A stretch of 64,000 bases of DNA from a virus. Lineage: Duplodnaviria > Caudoviricetes. The notes beneath the pieces were generated by a model. That model saw nothing but the letters and a program-made list of their open reading frames with translations, made no database searches and was not told the DNA's origin. Below, in pieces: positions 1-9,355 of this stretch. Positions within the stretch are counted from its first letter, which is position 1, and the number at the start of each line of letters is the position of its first letter. Where the stretch lies: positions 143,749-207,748 of the IMG/VR virus record IMGVR_UViG_3300020375_000001; one strand, 5' to 3'. A program made the translations under genes and the position numbers.

Positions 1-627
1 TAAAACTAGACCTTGTTCCATATTGGTATCTATTGAATATAGCATACCGTTAAGAAACTCCTCAGCCTCATTATCTTTAAGGATTACGCTACGACGTTCG
101 CGCTCCTCATCAATGTAGTCAGAGTCACGGTCAGTTTGGTAATACCTCTCAGGGTCTTGTAAAGCTGGTTCTCGAGCAGAAATACAATCGTACAGTCTGT
201 CCACATCAAAGCAATCGGCAACCCTGGATTTATCGAGTCGGTATCGTTTACGTATCCGTTTTACATGGGGATAGGTAAAGATGAACTCTTGTTTAAGTGT
301 CCAGAATTTATCTTTTACAATCATAGTGGCAGCGTTTTTTGTAATGGACGGGTATTCGTGTTCACGTAACGCGAAACCAGTTCCTGCTCGTAGGTCATCC
401 AAAGTAATTAAATCCGACATCTTTTTTGTCTCACCATTACTAAACGTTTCGTACGTGGTGAGTACTTCATAGTTGTCGATTAATATTTGGGTTATTGTGT
501 CAAACTCAGAATCGGTTATGAAGCTATCTAAGTCTGGTCTTAAGTAATAGATGTACGATGCCATCAACCATATACGTATTGCGTGCGGAACGTTCGCATC
601 TGATATGGTGAATCTATCATGTATCAT
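1..627 (-). CDS. Partial CDS (runs off the left edge); N-terminus resembles stand-alone NAD-dependent DNA ligase domain Ia-like phage proteins
   Basis: Hand-translated open frame from ATG at 627 to position 1 with no stop (209 codons), absent from the ORF track: MIHDRF...WLMASYIYYLRPDLDSFITDSEFDTITQIL...LITLDDLRAGTG...YP. Starts 1 nt after the stop of the upstream ORF. Confidence 0.75.
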   Translation of the reverse strand, partial: MIHDRFTISDANVPHAIRIWLMASYIYYLRPDLDSFITDSEFDTITQILIDNYEVLTTYETFSNGETKKMSDLITLDDLRAGTGFALREHEYPSITKNAATMIVKDKFWTLKQEFIFTYPHVKRIRKRYRLDKSRVADCFDVDRLYDCISAREPALQDPERYYQTDRDSDYIDEERERRSVILKDNEAEEFLNGMLYSIDTNMEQGLVL

Positions 628-628
628 A

Positions 629-1249
629 CTACGCCTGCTCTTTCTCTTCCAATTCCTTTAACGCCTCTTCGGCGGCAAAGACATCGAAAGCAGCAATAGC
701 AGCAAGACGGTTACGCATGTGCTCGGCCTCAAAGAAGTCAGTGTCAATCATCCACTGGCCAATATTGGTGATGTACTCTATCTCATCGTAGGTGTCGGGT
801 AACACCGCTGGGATAGCCATCCATACTTGACCTAAACGCGACATAACGGGTTCGTTACGGAATTCTTTTGCCATGGTGTAGTTTGCTACAGTGGCCATAC
901 CATCTGCATCTGCACCATGAATCACCATAGAGTCAGCCTCAATTACAAAGCTGTCCTCACCTTGCTCATGAATGAATCCGTAGATAACAGTCCAATCACG
1001 GGGAACCTGATTAAGACATTCAGAGATTGCTTCTGCAAGTAACACTCTGTTTTTCTGGTTCGGTTCTGCGCGAAGTAAATCTTGCATACCCATATTGGCA
1101 GTGCTGTCAATTGCAGTGCCGCCAACAAACCGTAACTTAGAGCCACGGCGATTTAGTATACTTTGTGCTTTTCTAGCAAAGCGCTTTGCTAAAGCCTCGT
1201 TATTTCTTGCCATTTTCAGTACCTCGTTTATTTTACTTGTAATGGTCAA
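629..1249 (-). CDS. Hypothetical protein (206 aa)
   Basis: Clean ORF in a tightly packed minus-strand run. Confidence 0.75.
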   Translation of the reverse strand: MTITSKINEVLKMARNNEALAKRFARKAQSILNRRGSKLRFVGGTAIDSTANMGMQDLLRAEPNQKNRVLLAEAISECLNQVPRDWTVIYGFIHEQGEDSFVIEADSMVIHGADADGMATVANYTMAKEFRNEPVMSRLGQVWMAIPAVLPDTYDEIEYITNIGQWMIDTDFFEAEHMRNRLAAIAAFDVFAAEEALKELEEKEQA

Positions 1250-1290
1250 TTGAACAGGGAATGCTGTATTTTTTTATTGTTAGTTTTCTT

Positions 1291-1575
1291 CTAACTTTTC
1301 TTACCAAACCCACCTACGATATTCATGAAGCCAGTTTTAATACCTCTGAACTTACCTATAGGAGCCCGTGACGTTCTGGTTTCATATTCTGCAATAACAT
1401 CATCAAATGAAATTGCAGGGTCTAAATCATGGATGTTCTTACCGGTAAGTTCTGGTATAGTAACCTCTCTGCCATCTTTATATACCGCAATAACGTTTTG
1501 GGACATTACTACGATATCGTACAGACTTACAGTTGTTACTTGGCCGTATCTGAGTAAATCTACTTTATCAGACAT
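1291..1575 (-). CDS. Hypothetical protein (94 aa)
   Basis: ORF with upstream AAAGGA SD, in operon. Confidence 0.7.
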   Translation of the reverse strand: MSDKVDLLRYGQVTTVSLYDIVVMSQNVIAVYKDGREVTIPELTGKNIHDLDPAISFDDVIAEYETRTSRAPIGKFRGIKTGFMNIVGGFGKKS

Positions 1576-1589
1576 ACGTTGGTTTCCTT

Positions 1590-1940
1590 TTATTGGGGCT
1601 TACGTCGCGTCGTTCTTTTAATGGGCGGGGCGTAAGGTTTACTTATTTCGATACCCAGCTTTTCAAGGTTATCAAGCTGGTCGTCTGGTACGGCCTGCAT
1701 GATTTCGCCGTATACATCATTCAATGTATCATCTCTGTATTTTTCACACGCCGCTATAATAGCACTTAGGATTTCTGCCGTTAGCGTACTAACCGTTTGC
1801 GTCACATCGAGGACGAGCATTGTCTGACCTTTCACTTCGATTGAAAACGAGTCACCGGAACCAGCTATTAACACGATGTCTTTACTTAGGGTTATGGATT
1901 CACCTTTCTTCAAGGCTTTGATTTCTTGCAATAATGACAT
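1590..1940 (-). CDS. Hypothetical early protein (116 aa)
   Basis: Strong extended RBS AAATAAAAGGAG; first gene after a putative early promoter. Confidence 0.8.
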   Translation of the reverse strand: MSLLQEIKALKKGESITLSKDIVLIAGSGDSFSIEVKGQTMLVLDVTQTVSTLTAEILSAIIAACEKYRDDTLNDVYGEIMQAVPDDQLDNLEKLGIEISKPYAPPIKRTTRRKPQ

Positions 1941-1985
1941 ACTTTTCTCCTTTTATTTGTTTAAGTTTATCATCAACTCACTAGG

Positions 1986-1995
1986 ATGATATATG
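1986..1995 (-). promoter_or_regulatory. Putative early (vRNAP) promoter core CATATATCAT
   Basis: Matches the YAYATATYAY motif seen upstream of five minus-strand clusters; resembles the phiKZ early motif TATATTAC. Confidence 0.55.
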
Positions 1996-2013
1996 TCTAT
2001 AAAAAAATTAATG

Positions 2014-2040
2014 CGGCATAGGTAGCGGGTTTCCCCGCTA
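2014..2040 (-). terminator. Hairpin TAGCGGG-GAAA-CCCGCTA followed by TATGCCG
   Basis: Perfect 7-bp stem just after the protease stop codon; no adjacent U-tract. Confidence 0.6.
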
Positions 2041-2052
2041 ACCTAATAACAC

Positions 2053-2826
2053 TTACCAGTTTGCTAAAGCACTCAAGTTAGCAACCTTACGCTTGAATCC
2101 CTGTTGGTCAATGACAGTCAGGATGTCCAGTCCCGATTCCATAGAGACCCCAGAAGTTTCTTGCTCACCTTTGGCGTTGTTAAAATCTTCCATACCCAAC
2201 GATACAGAATCATCTAAGCTTTCCAGAGATGGGTTATGGTACTTGGTGGCGATAGAGATACCCGGCTCGTTAACGTAATCCCACGTAACCAATGTGGTCA
2301 TGTGTTTGTACTTCTGTCCGGCAATACGTGTGTCACGTGTCAATGAGCGTACAGAGAACGATACGTTTTCATTTGGGTTATCCAACGCTTCTTTCAATGC
2401 AGGTCCCATTGGACCAGAAGGTTTGATTTTACCCATAACCGCAGTAACCGCACGGCCGTTTGGACCCTTAACCGTTTCCTTATCTATCCACACTTCTTTG
2501 ATGTGGAAAGCGACTTTGGTCTCTTCGATAGTACAGATACGGGTAATGAACTGCGTTTTAGTCATCCCTGGCTCGAGTTTAGGATGACCACATTCACCAC
2601 GTTGTTGGCCGGTGGTAATACGACGCAACAAAGCACCTGAAGCATCAAACAGCTTTTTAGCAGATTGCCATGGGTAGATATCACCCGTTGAGTTAGGGAA
2701 ATCAAATGCACCTAGGATAACGGTATAATAACCATCTGCATCCGGCGCTAATACCCCTGCTTTGTTTGTACCGGCCAGCGCAGTACAGTTGTAAAAGACT
2801 TTATCCGACATTAGATTCAACTCCAT
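2053..2826 (-). CDS. Prohead (head maturation) protease, phiKZ gp175-like
   Basis: Motifs GYYTVILGA, GECGHP (His), FSVRS (Ser), TWDYVNEPGI; synteny with the vRNAP/tape measure block. Confidence 0.88.
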   Translation of the reverse strand: MELNLMSDKVFYNCTALAGTNKAGVLAPDADGYYTVILGAFDFPNSTGDIYPWQSAKKLFDASGALLRRITTGQQRGECGHPKLEPGMTKTQFITRICTIEETKVAFHIKEVWIDKETVKGPNGRAVTAVMGKIKPSGPMGPALKEALDNPNENVSFSVRSLTRDTRIAGQKYKHMTTLVTWDYVNEPGISIATKYHNPSLESLDDSVSLGMEDFNNAKGEQETSGVSMESGLDILTVIDQQGFKRKVANLSALANW

Positions 2827-2860
2827 CTAAAAGTAGTTATAAGCAGCAGCTCTCACAGTA

Positions 2861-3643
2861 TTAACGTCGTAAGAGCTCTTCTACGCCTTCCAGACGGTCT
2901 GACTTAGTTACCAAGGCCGATGACAAGCCATCATTGAAATAGTTCCCCATAAGCTTTGCTGTAGTGTTTGTAGCACCCAGTTCGATGTTCTTCAGTGAGA
3001 TATAACTCACACCACCGTTGCCAAGGATTTCAGGATGTTCAAAGTCTGCCTGTGAACGCAGTGCATGGCGTAAATACTTTGTACGGTCTTTTACCTGACG
3101 AGAAAGACTGGCCGCAATTGCCTCAAGGATTGCCGGGTCAACGTTCAAGTCTGTACCAGCGTGTTTAATGGCAGTGTCAAATAACTCAGACAAATCGTTG
3201 TAATTGATAAACCACGGTACGTCCCCTTTCGAATAGAAATGGTCAGAAATGTAATATACCAAAATTGCCGATTGTACCAAGTTTAAGGATTTGATGATAA
3301 CAGCGCCTGCCTCAAAGAACAGTTCAATGTATTCCTCACCCTCAATAATCACACTGCGAGTACTGGTTGGTAGTAGGTCTACGTTAGCACATACCTTCAT
3401 TACCGAGTAGTGATTACCCACCACGATAGGGAAGATGCCGATTACACGGGTAGTGTTACCAAACGATGCCAAAGAACGAGCACGGTATTTTAGTGGGACA
3501 TAAATCCGGGTTTCTTTTTTAGCAACCAGACTACCGTCTTTTGCTTTAGTCAAATGTGGTAATACCGCATCTGGCTTTCTAATGAGTTTTGAGATATCCA
3601 TAGATACATCCCCATAAAGTGGGGGACCGAAGTCCCCCGACAT
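2861..3643 (-). CDS. phiKZ gp176 / SPN3US gp244-like virion protein, proposed vRNAP beta-prime C-terminal subunit
   Basis: Position next to the protease, 260-aa size, C-terminal NTTAKLMGNYFNDGL; assignment from remembered synteny. Confidence 0.65.
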   Translation of the reverse strand: MSGDFGPPLYGDVSMDISKLIRKPDAVLPHLTKAKDGSLVAKKETRIYVPLKYRARSLASFGNTTRVIGIFPIVVGNHYSVMKVCANVDLLPTSTRSVIIEGEEYIELFFEAGAVIIKSLNLVQSAILVYYISDHFYSKGDVPWFINYNDLSELFDTAIKHAGTDLNVDPAILEAIAASLSRQVKDRTKYLRHALRSQADFEHPEILGNGGVSYISLKNIELGATNTTAKLMGNYFNDGLSSALVTKSDRLEGVEELLRR

Positions 3644-3649
3644 TTAACA

Positions 3650-5023
3650 CTATGCTTGTTCAGTGATTAGCTGGTCTGCCAGCCATTCGCCTACCAAGTC
3701 AATGGTAACCATTGTTGCTGCTTCACGGTTAGTCAGCGTTTCATCAGCTGCCATGTATTCCATGATACCGGACAATACCGGATATGCATTGTAACGTGGG
3801 AAGATGATTCCACACACTGCACGCAGTACATAGTTGTCCAGGTCAAACTTCTTACGGAAAGGATTGGCTGTTAACCATTCACGTGCACCACGAGTGGTGG
3901 GACGGTCCAAATCTTCAGGGAAGTTGTCTTCAGCAATCAATGTAGAAACCACATCGATAACCGCCGCATGAACGTTGGCTTCGTATTCCGCTTTGATACG
4001 GTTTTGGATAGCGCGTTCATTTACCTGTACAGCTTTAGCACCACCGTAGGCATCTTCCAGTAAGTCAGCGTATACCGGACGAGAGATACCGCGCAGACAC
4101 GCACCGATGATTGCTTCCGGTGTACCACCTTCTTTCAAGTAACGGCGATAGACGCTGGCATTAACACGAATCTCAGCACCAGCAAAGTCAGCAGGCGGCA
4201 TGTAATCGATAATGTCATTCTGACGTTCGATACGTTCCTGACGACGCAATGCTTGGAATACACGACGGCCAAACTCAGCAATGAAGAATGCAGTACGCTC
4301 ACGGTAGAACGCCAACTCTTCATTTACACCTTCAGGTACATTCATGTTAAGGTTGCGAGCCAAAACAAATGCAACTACGATTTCGCTGTAGCGAGAACCT
4401 TCAACGGCGTCTTGGCTAAGTTTGCCCAAGAAGTATTCATCGTAGACACGGCTAACAATACCTGGAGATGCTTCAATCATCGACTTCAGTTTTTCGTCAA
4501 TGCGTGACATGCCAGTTTTACAACGCTCAATCAAATCTTCAGCAGACAACTCCGGCATGATGTTGCCCAGAGGAGTCAGTTCCAACTGTGGTTGAGTTTT
4601 GAAGCGGTCAACCATATCGCTCAGGCCACTTTCCAGATATACTTCAGGCAGCTGTACTTCAACGATAGAGTTACGCAGCGTAGATACCGGAACCTGGTCC
4701 AAATGGGCAGTTACCTTTTCAAATGCATCCGTTACAACAGGGCGTACAATTTCACGCGCAAACTTAAGTTGACGCTGTACGGCACCGGCAGCAATATCTA
4801 CCATTTCATCAATGGCGACAGCGTAGGCTTTCTCACCAGCAACGTCTTTACGTTCTGATGCACCAATGACCGATTCTTCGACTGACTCACCCAACGTGAA
4901 TTCACCAAGTGCATCACCCAGTACTGCAAGTGGGGTGGTGGCTTGTGGAAGGATGATGAGGCCGTTTTGTTCAGCTACCTGAGCCAATGAATAAATAGAG
5001 GTTACAGATTGACGAGTAATCAT
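3650..5023 (-). CDS. Virion (head) structural protein, phiKZ gp177-like
   Basis: 457-aa ORF at the syntenic position between gp176-like and gp178-like genes. Confidence 0.6.
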   Translation of the reverse strand: MITRQSVTSIYSLAQVAEQNGLIILPQATTPLAVLGDALGEFTLGESVEESVIGASERKDVAGEKAYAVAIDEMVDIAAGAVQRQLKFAREIVRPVVTDAFEKVTAHLDQVPVSTLRNSIVEVQLPEVYLESGLSDMVDRFKTQPQLELTPLGNIMPELSAEDLIERCKTGMSRIDEKLKSMIEASPGIVSRVYDEYFLGKLSQDAVEGSRYSEIVVAFVLARNLNMNVPEGVNEELAFYRERTAFFIAEFGRRVFQALRRQERIERQNDIIDYMPPADFAGAEIRVNASVYRRYLKEGGTPEAIIGACLRGISRPVYADLLEDAYGGAKAVQVNERAIQNRIKAEYEANVHAAVIDVVSTLIAEDNFPEDLDRPTTRGAREWLTANPFRKKFDLDNYVLRAVCGIIFPRYNAYPVLSGIMEYMAADETLTNREAATMVTIDLVGEWLADQLITEQA

Positions 5024-5214
5024 TACTTAGCGCCCCCATTCAACATTAACTTTTTAGAGATACGTGCAGACAAGGTATCCTTTACGGTTTCCTTAATTTG
5101 CACACCACCGACTTGGTCAGACGCTTCGTTACCTGCAACTTTCTGCACAACGCGAGCGCCAAGCTCTACGGCATTTGCCAGACTGGCATACGTGATATGT
5201 CTTCTATCTTTCAT
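5023..5214 (-). CDS. Small hypothetical protein (63 aa)
   Basis: Fills the gap in the operon; its stop overlaps the next start. Confidence 0.6.
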   Translation of the reverse strand: MKDRRHITYASLANAVELGARVVQKVAGNEASDQVGGVQIKETVKDTLSARISKKLMLNGGAK

Positions 5215-5252
5215 TATCAGTCAGGGGAGCGTTTAACTCCCCTCTCCTTTAT

Positions 5253-7814
5253 TTACAAATTTGCAAAGTATTCGTCCGCTACCTTTTTGGAGAGAACTTC
5301 TAAAACCCGATTGGTAGTGCCCATGATATCGGGACTTAGTACGATACGGTTAGCAATCGACTGACGCCCAAAGATTACATCAATCGGTTCCCCGCTCTCG
5401 GTTTCGTTAGTACCAGTCATTACCCGCCCGATAATGGTCTTCAGCTGATTACCCAATACCGCCTTATCACCGACCCCTGCAGGGAGTGACTTAGTGATAT
5501 AAATCTTAATAACCGCTTGGTCCATTACAAGTCGACGTCCCTCAACGTTGATAGGTTCGTTTACTTGTCCGGTGGTGGCATCTTCCAGAGAAAGACTTTT
5601 GACTCGTTCAGCCCGTTCTTTATCAGCTCGGTTGACGATAGTCTTAAGTGAACTAGACATGTCGGCTTTGTCACCGTTATAGAGAACTTCGATTTTCTCT
5701 ACCACACCTTTGTTCTTTGCCTTAGGGTTTAACTGACCCAACGCCTTTAGAGATTCCGCACTTTCACTATCAATAAGCGAGTTATTGGCCGTTAGTTGGT
5801 CCTCTAGCGTACATAGGATAGTTTCTAAATCTACTTCATCTCCGACTTTTACAAGATTTAAAATACCCTGTTCGAAGTCAATTACGATGTTTCGCACCGC
5901 TGTGATTTCAGTAGAAAGACCCGCACCCAGTTTTTCCGATACCGCACAGGAGTCCTCAAGTGTATCTACTGACTCCATCAATGCCACGTTAACAAGCGCA
6001 CCTGCTTTCCAGTTGACCTGAGTATTATCATCATAGTCACGTTCAAAGAAACCAGTGTTCCAAGACAGGATATGTCCCGCCTTAAACTTCTGGCCTTTAA
6101 TCAAGTCAGACTCAATGCGCTGGGGTACGTGAGTACCGTTAACTGTACCGTAAACCGTTCCCAGTTCAATCTTCACAGAGCTGCCGTCTTTGTACTCAAC
6201 TGTCAGGTGCGTTTCCCCAACATCCGTTACCTTCCCTTCTTGCTCCGCTGCAACAGCGAACATTGGGTCGACACGGTGAGCCAATACTTGTTCGTATCCA
6301 GTGGATAATGGCATGACCTTGTAGTTCTCAGCGGCAACGCCATGAGAATGCTGAATACTAATGAAGTTTGTCCGCTTAGGGTCATCACTGGTTGCACCCG
6401 GTGACAGAATAGCAGACGTTGACAACAGTTTGGTAGCTGACTTCTCTTTACTATCCACTCGCTTAGTTGTACCACGAATTGAATCAAAGTTCGGGTCCGC
6501 AGTTAAGTAAGTGTTAATAGCTACTGAGCCAGAGTCCACCGTTGCTTCTGAAATAACACCCATGTCGTTCTTGTGGTATACACGCGAACTCGCTACCATG
6601 GAACGAGAGGAACGACCGCCATCACCAGAGTAAGTCACCAGTTCTTTCTCTTTCAGGTTATGGACAGGGTTCAACTCTTCTACCGTTTTAGTAGTAGCAT
6701 CTTTTAGGATGTTCATCCACACAGCTTTTGGATTCATCTCAATGCGAGACTGAGAGCTCATGGGCTGTGCTTGTTGTTTACGAATAGAAGCAATCAGCTC
6801 TTTGTAGATAAAGCCAGGCATACGCTCGTAGCCTTTGATGCGCATATATTCCGTATCAGTCTCATCAGGAGTTCGGTCGTCTTTTAGCAGTTCAACTGCT
6901 TTGACTACCAGCCCTTCAAAAGACCGTGGCTCTTTACGACGCTCTAAGATACCATCGGTAATGGGGTCGATAAATAAAGGTTGCAGTAAATCCATCTCAC
7001 GAATGAAACGAAGTCCCACACCACGAGATTCCAACACTGGTTGGTATACCGTCTTCTTATCAAACTCTTCGCGGTTGAATTGTTTGATTGCCGAACGATA
7101 CTCGTAGAACCCATTTAGCAACATGGTGATTTCTGGGTCATCCGTTGGGTAAATAAGCGTTTCATCTTTAAAGACGATACTGGCTTCCCCATCCTCTAAC
7201 TCTACCCGCTGCCCCTTACGTACCGAACGAGTCTTTACTTTAATAATGCGTAGCAACTTGGTTAAACCAAGCATGTAGCCCAGTACTACGCCCGCCGGTA
7301 TAGCCGTCGAGAATATCTTAACTTCGGCCATGTCGTTGGGTTCTTTACCCAAATCAGTGCCGAGCAGACTAGCCAGACTACCAATAGTGTCAACATTGCC
7401 ATCAACGTCGCTGTAATGATACAGGCCAGCGTTATCCAAGGTAATGAACTTGTTACCTTTCCCTTTACCGCAGACCACGTGTCCACGACGTTCAAGTTTC
7501 TTAAGTACGTCCGCACCATAAAGAACTTCTCGTTTATCGTACTCATACGACATGTCACCAGCAGCACACTTAAAACTAAGAATGCCTTTAGCCATTCCAC
7601 TATAGGTTGGTGGAACTTTCGCTGACTTACTGACCGCATTACCCTGACGAACGGAAGTGATAATTGTGTTTTCATCATCCACTCCAAGCGTAATAATCTT
7701 TTTACGCTGCCATGCCGAACGGTCATAGACCGCCTTCGAGCTTCGAGTTACGAACAGCTTACCGTAATAACTGGTTAGCGCTACGGTATCTGCCTTGGTT
7801 TTACGGATGGGAAG
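5253..7814 (-). CDS. Virion RNA polymerase beta subunit (phiKZ gp178-like), exon 2
   Basis: Beta motifs (VTYSGDGGR, SISIQH-like FISIQHSH, DTLEDS, GVGDKAVLGNQLKT); begins LPIRK after the predicted intron 3' G at 7815. Confidence 0.88.
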   Translation of the reverse strand, partial: LPIRKTKADTVALTSYYGKLFVTRSSKAVYDRSAWQRKKIITLGVDDENTIITSVRQGNAVSKSAKVPPTYSGMAKGILSFKCAAGDMSYEYDKREVLYGADVLKKLERRGHVVCGKGKGNKFITLDNAGLYHYSDVDGNVDTIGSLASLLGTDLGKEPNDMAEVKIFSTAIPAGVVLGYMLGLTKLLRIIKVKTRSVRKGQRVELEDGEASIVFKDETLIYPTDDPEITMLLNGFYEYRSAIKQFNREEFDKKTVYQPVLESRGVGLRFIREMDLLQPLFIDPITDGILERRKEPRSFEGLVVKAVELLKDDRTPDETDTEYMRIKGYERMPGFIYKELIASIRKQQAQPMSSQSRIEMNPKAVWMNILKDATTKTVEELNPVHNLKEKELVTYSGDGGRSSRSMVASSRVYHKNDMGVISEATVDSGSVAINTYLTADPNFDSIRGTTKRVDSKEKSATKLLSTSAILSPGATSDDPKRTNFISIQHSHGVAAENYKVMPLSTGYEQVLAHRVDPMFAVAAEQEGKVTDVGETHLTVEYKDGSSVKIELGTVYGTVNGTHVPQRIESDLIKGQKFKAGHILSWNTGFFERDYDDNTQVNWKAGALVNVALMESVDTLEDSCAVSEKLGAGLSTEITAVRNIVIDFEQGILNLVKVGDEVDLETILCTLEDQLTANNSLIDSESAESLKALGQLNPKAKNKGVVEKIEVLYNGDKADMSSSLKTIVNRADKERAERVKSLSLEDATTGQVNEPINVEGRRLVMDQAVIKIYITKSLPAGVGDKAVLGNQLKTIIGRVMTGTNETESGEPIDVIFGRQSIANRIVLSPDIMGTTNRVLEVLSKKVADEYFANL

Positions 7815-9355
7815 CACCCCCATCCAAAGTGGACCATATCTTCATCCTCAATTGAGGAGCCTACCGTTTGGGGTTTCCCCTACTCTACTCACTTCAATCA
7901 CTTGTGTGACCAACCGATTATTACACCACGGTCGTCATTAGTCCGTACTATGTACGAATGTAGTTTTCGATGGCCTCTGAACACATCCCGTATCTAACGA
8001 CTTAGGGACTTCGCTGCGTCGGTTATGTCTCCATTAAACGTTTTTACCCTGCCACCCTCTTCCATTACTGGGGATGGTATTGTGGCGTGTTTCCACCCAC
8101 AAGTGGTAGTTTAATAGATTATAGACATTTTCCCGCAATTAGGTAGGTTTGTCTTAGTCGTATTACTACGACTGGGAGACCCTATGTTAATTGGTTTTAA
8201 ATTATCGAGATATTAAGTTTAGCTAACTCGAGTGAAAGCATCTTCCTAAGTCTTCTTCTATCCAAATCAAGATAGTTCAATACTACTAGCGGAATCTGTT
8301 TACTATTAGCTAACTTTACTTTATCCCAATCCCGCATCTTGGTTTCCTCTAAAGCTTCGTAACCACCGAACCGTTCTACTGGCTCATAGTGTTGGATACC
8401 GTGAAACTCAATGAGTACTTCAAATTTGGGTAGAAAGAAATCGTATCTAAATAACGACCCGTCGAATTTATATTCTCTTTTAAACTCAATCCCGTTTACT
8501 TCCAAGATATGTGCTATCTGACGCTCACCTAAAGATTCCCTACATCTAGGGCAACCCTGTTTCTGGGAAACGTGTCGGTTAGGATTAGTTTTAAAAGGAC
8601 CATGTCCTTTACAGACCACCGTTATAGGTGTCTTGTTATTGACATACTCGACTCTGTCGTAATTGTAGATATGACCATGTACCTGTTGTGCCTCAGCTAT
8701 AAAATCTTCTAAAGTCTTTTTAGTCGACTCACGATAGCAGGCTGGACACCCAGAACCATTTAGGTGTACCCTAGCCTTTTGATGGAATGTCCCATGTTTG
8801 AAACACCCAATCTTTACGGTTTCGGTATAACCCCTGAAATCAAGGTTTTGGTAACAGTACTTGTTGCCATGTACTAACTTAGCTTTTTCTAGGAACTTCC
8901 CTTTATCCATTATGGCTTCCGAAGTCGCACACGTTGGACAATTGGTCCCCAACTTGTAATGATTATAGGGCTTTACTTTAAAATCCCCATGCTCCCTACA
9001 GGTAACGATAATAGGTGTATCGGTGTTACTAAACACCACCTTATCGTAGAGGTAGCGGTCACCGTGTTGTTCTTTAGCCAATTTAATAAAATCATCTTTA
9101 GTAAATTTACCGGAACAAGCCAAACAACCTTTAGAGCCTCTAACTAAGTAACACGGCTTGGTTATATATTCACCGTGTTCCATACAACGAACTTTAATAG
9201 GTTTCTTAGAACCTAAGTATTTTGACTCCGAAAAATCTAATGAGTCATTATACATTTCTTTCATCTTGTCGTAGAATTCTTTCTCTCTACGTTTAAAACC
9301 TTTTAACATAATTCATATCTCATGGATATTATTCACATAAGATATGTTGCTTTTT
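7815..9355 (-). mobile_element. Group I intron (IA-like) with endonuclease ORF in the P1 loop
   Basis: IGS GTCTCCC (8174-8180) pairs with exon GGGAGAT via U.G; P2 with GTAA loop (8156-8173); P3 CCTACC/GGTAGG (8142-8147/7860-7865); P element AATTGCGGGAAA; Q ACGCAGC; R TCAGAGGCCA; P8 (7845-7858); S AAGATATGGTCC (7831-7842). Splicing gives an in-frame QRGD|LPIRK. Confidence 0.9.
8197..9309 (-). CDS. Intron-encoded homing endonuclease: four zinc-ribbon-like repeats plus C-terminal Vsr/DUF559-like PD-(D/E)xK nuclease
   Basis: Four C-x2-HG...H...CxxC repeats; C-terminal GERQIAHIL...REYKF...RYDFFLP...IEFHGIQHY; lower GC than flanks. Confidence 0.85.
   Translation of the reverse strand: MLKGFKRREKEFYDKMKEMYNDSLDFSESKYLGSKKPIKVRCMEHGEYITKPCYLVRGSKGCLACSGKFTKDDFIKLAKEQHGDRYLYDKVVFSNTDTPIIVTCREHGDFKVKPYNHYKLGTNCPTCATSEAIMDKGKFLEKAKLVHGNKYCYQNLDFRGYTETVKIGCFKHGTFHQKARVHLNGSGCPACYRESTKKTLEDFIAEAQQVHGHIYNYDRVEYVNNKTPITVVCKGHGPFKTNPNRHVSQKQGCPRCRESLGERQIAHILEVNGIEFKREYKFDGSLFRYDFFLPKFEVLIEFHGIQHYEPVERFGGYEALEETKMRDWDKVKLANSKQIPLVVLNYLDLDRRRLRKMLSLELAKLNISII

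Noticed and set aside
281-472. Plus-strand 63-aa ORF
   Set aside because: Antisense to the longer open minus-strand frame 627..1.
7815-7823. ATG start of the 856-aa ORF (MGV...)
   Set aside because: It lies in the intron 3' end; the reading frame continues from exon 1 after splicing.
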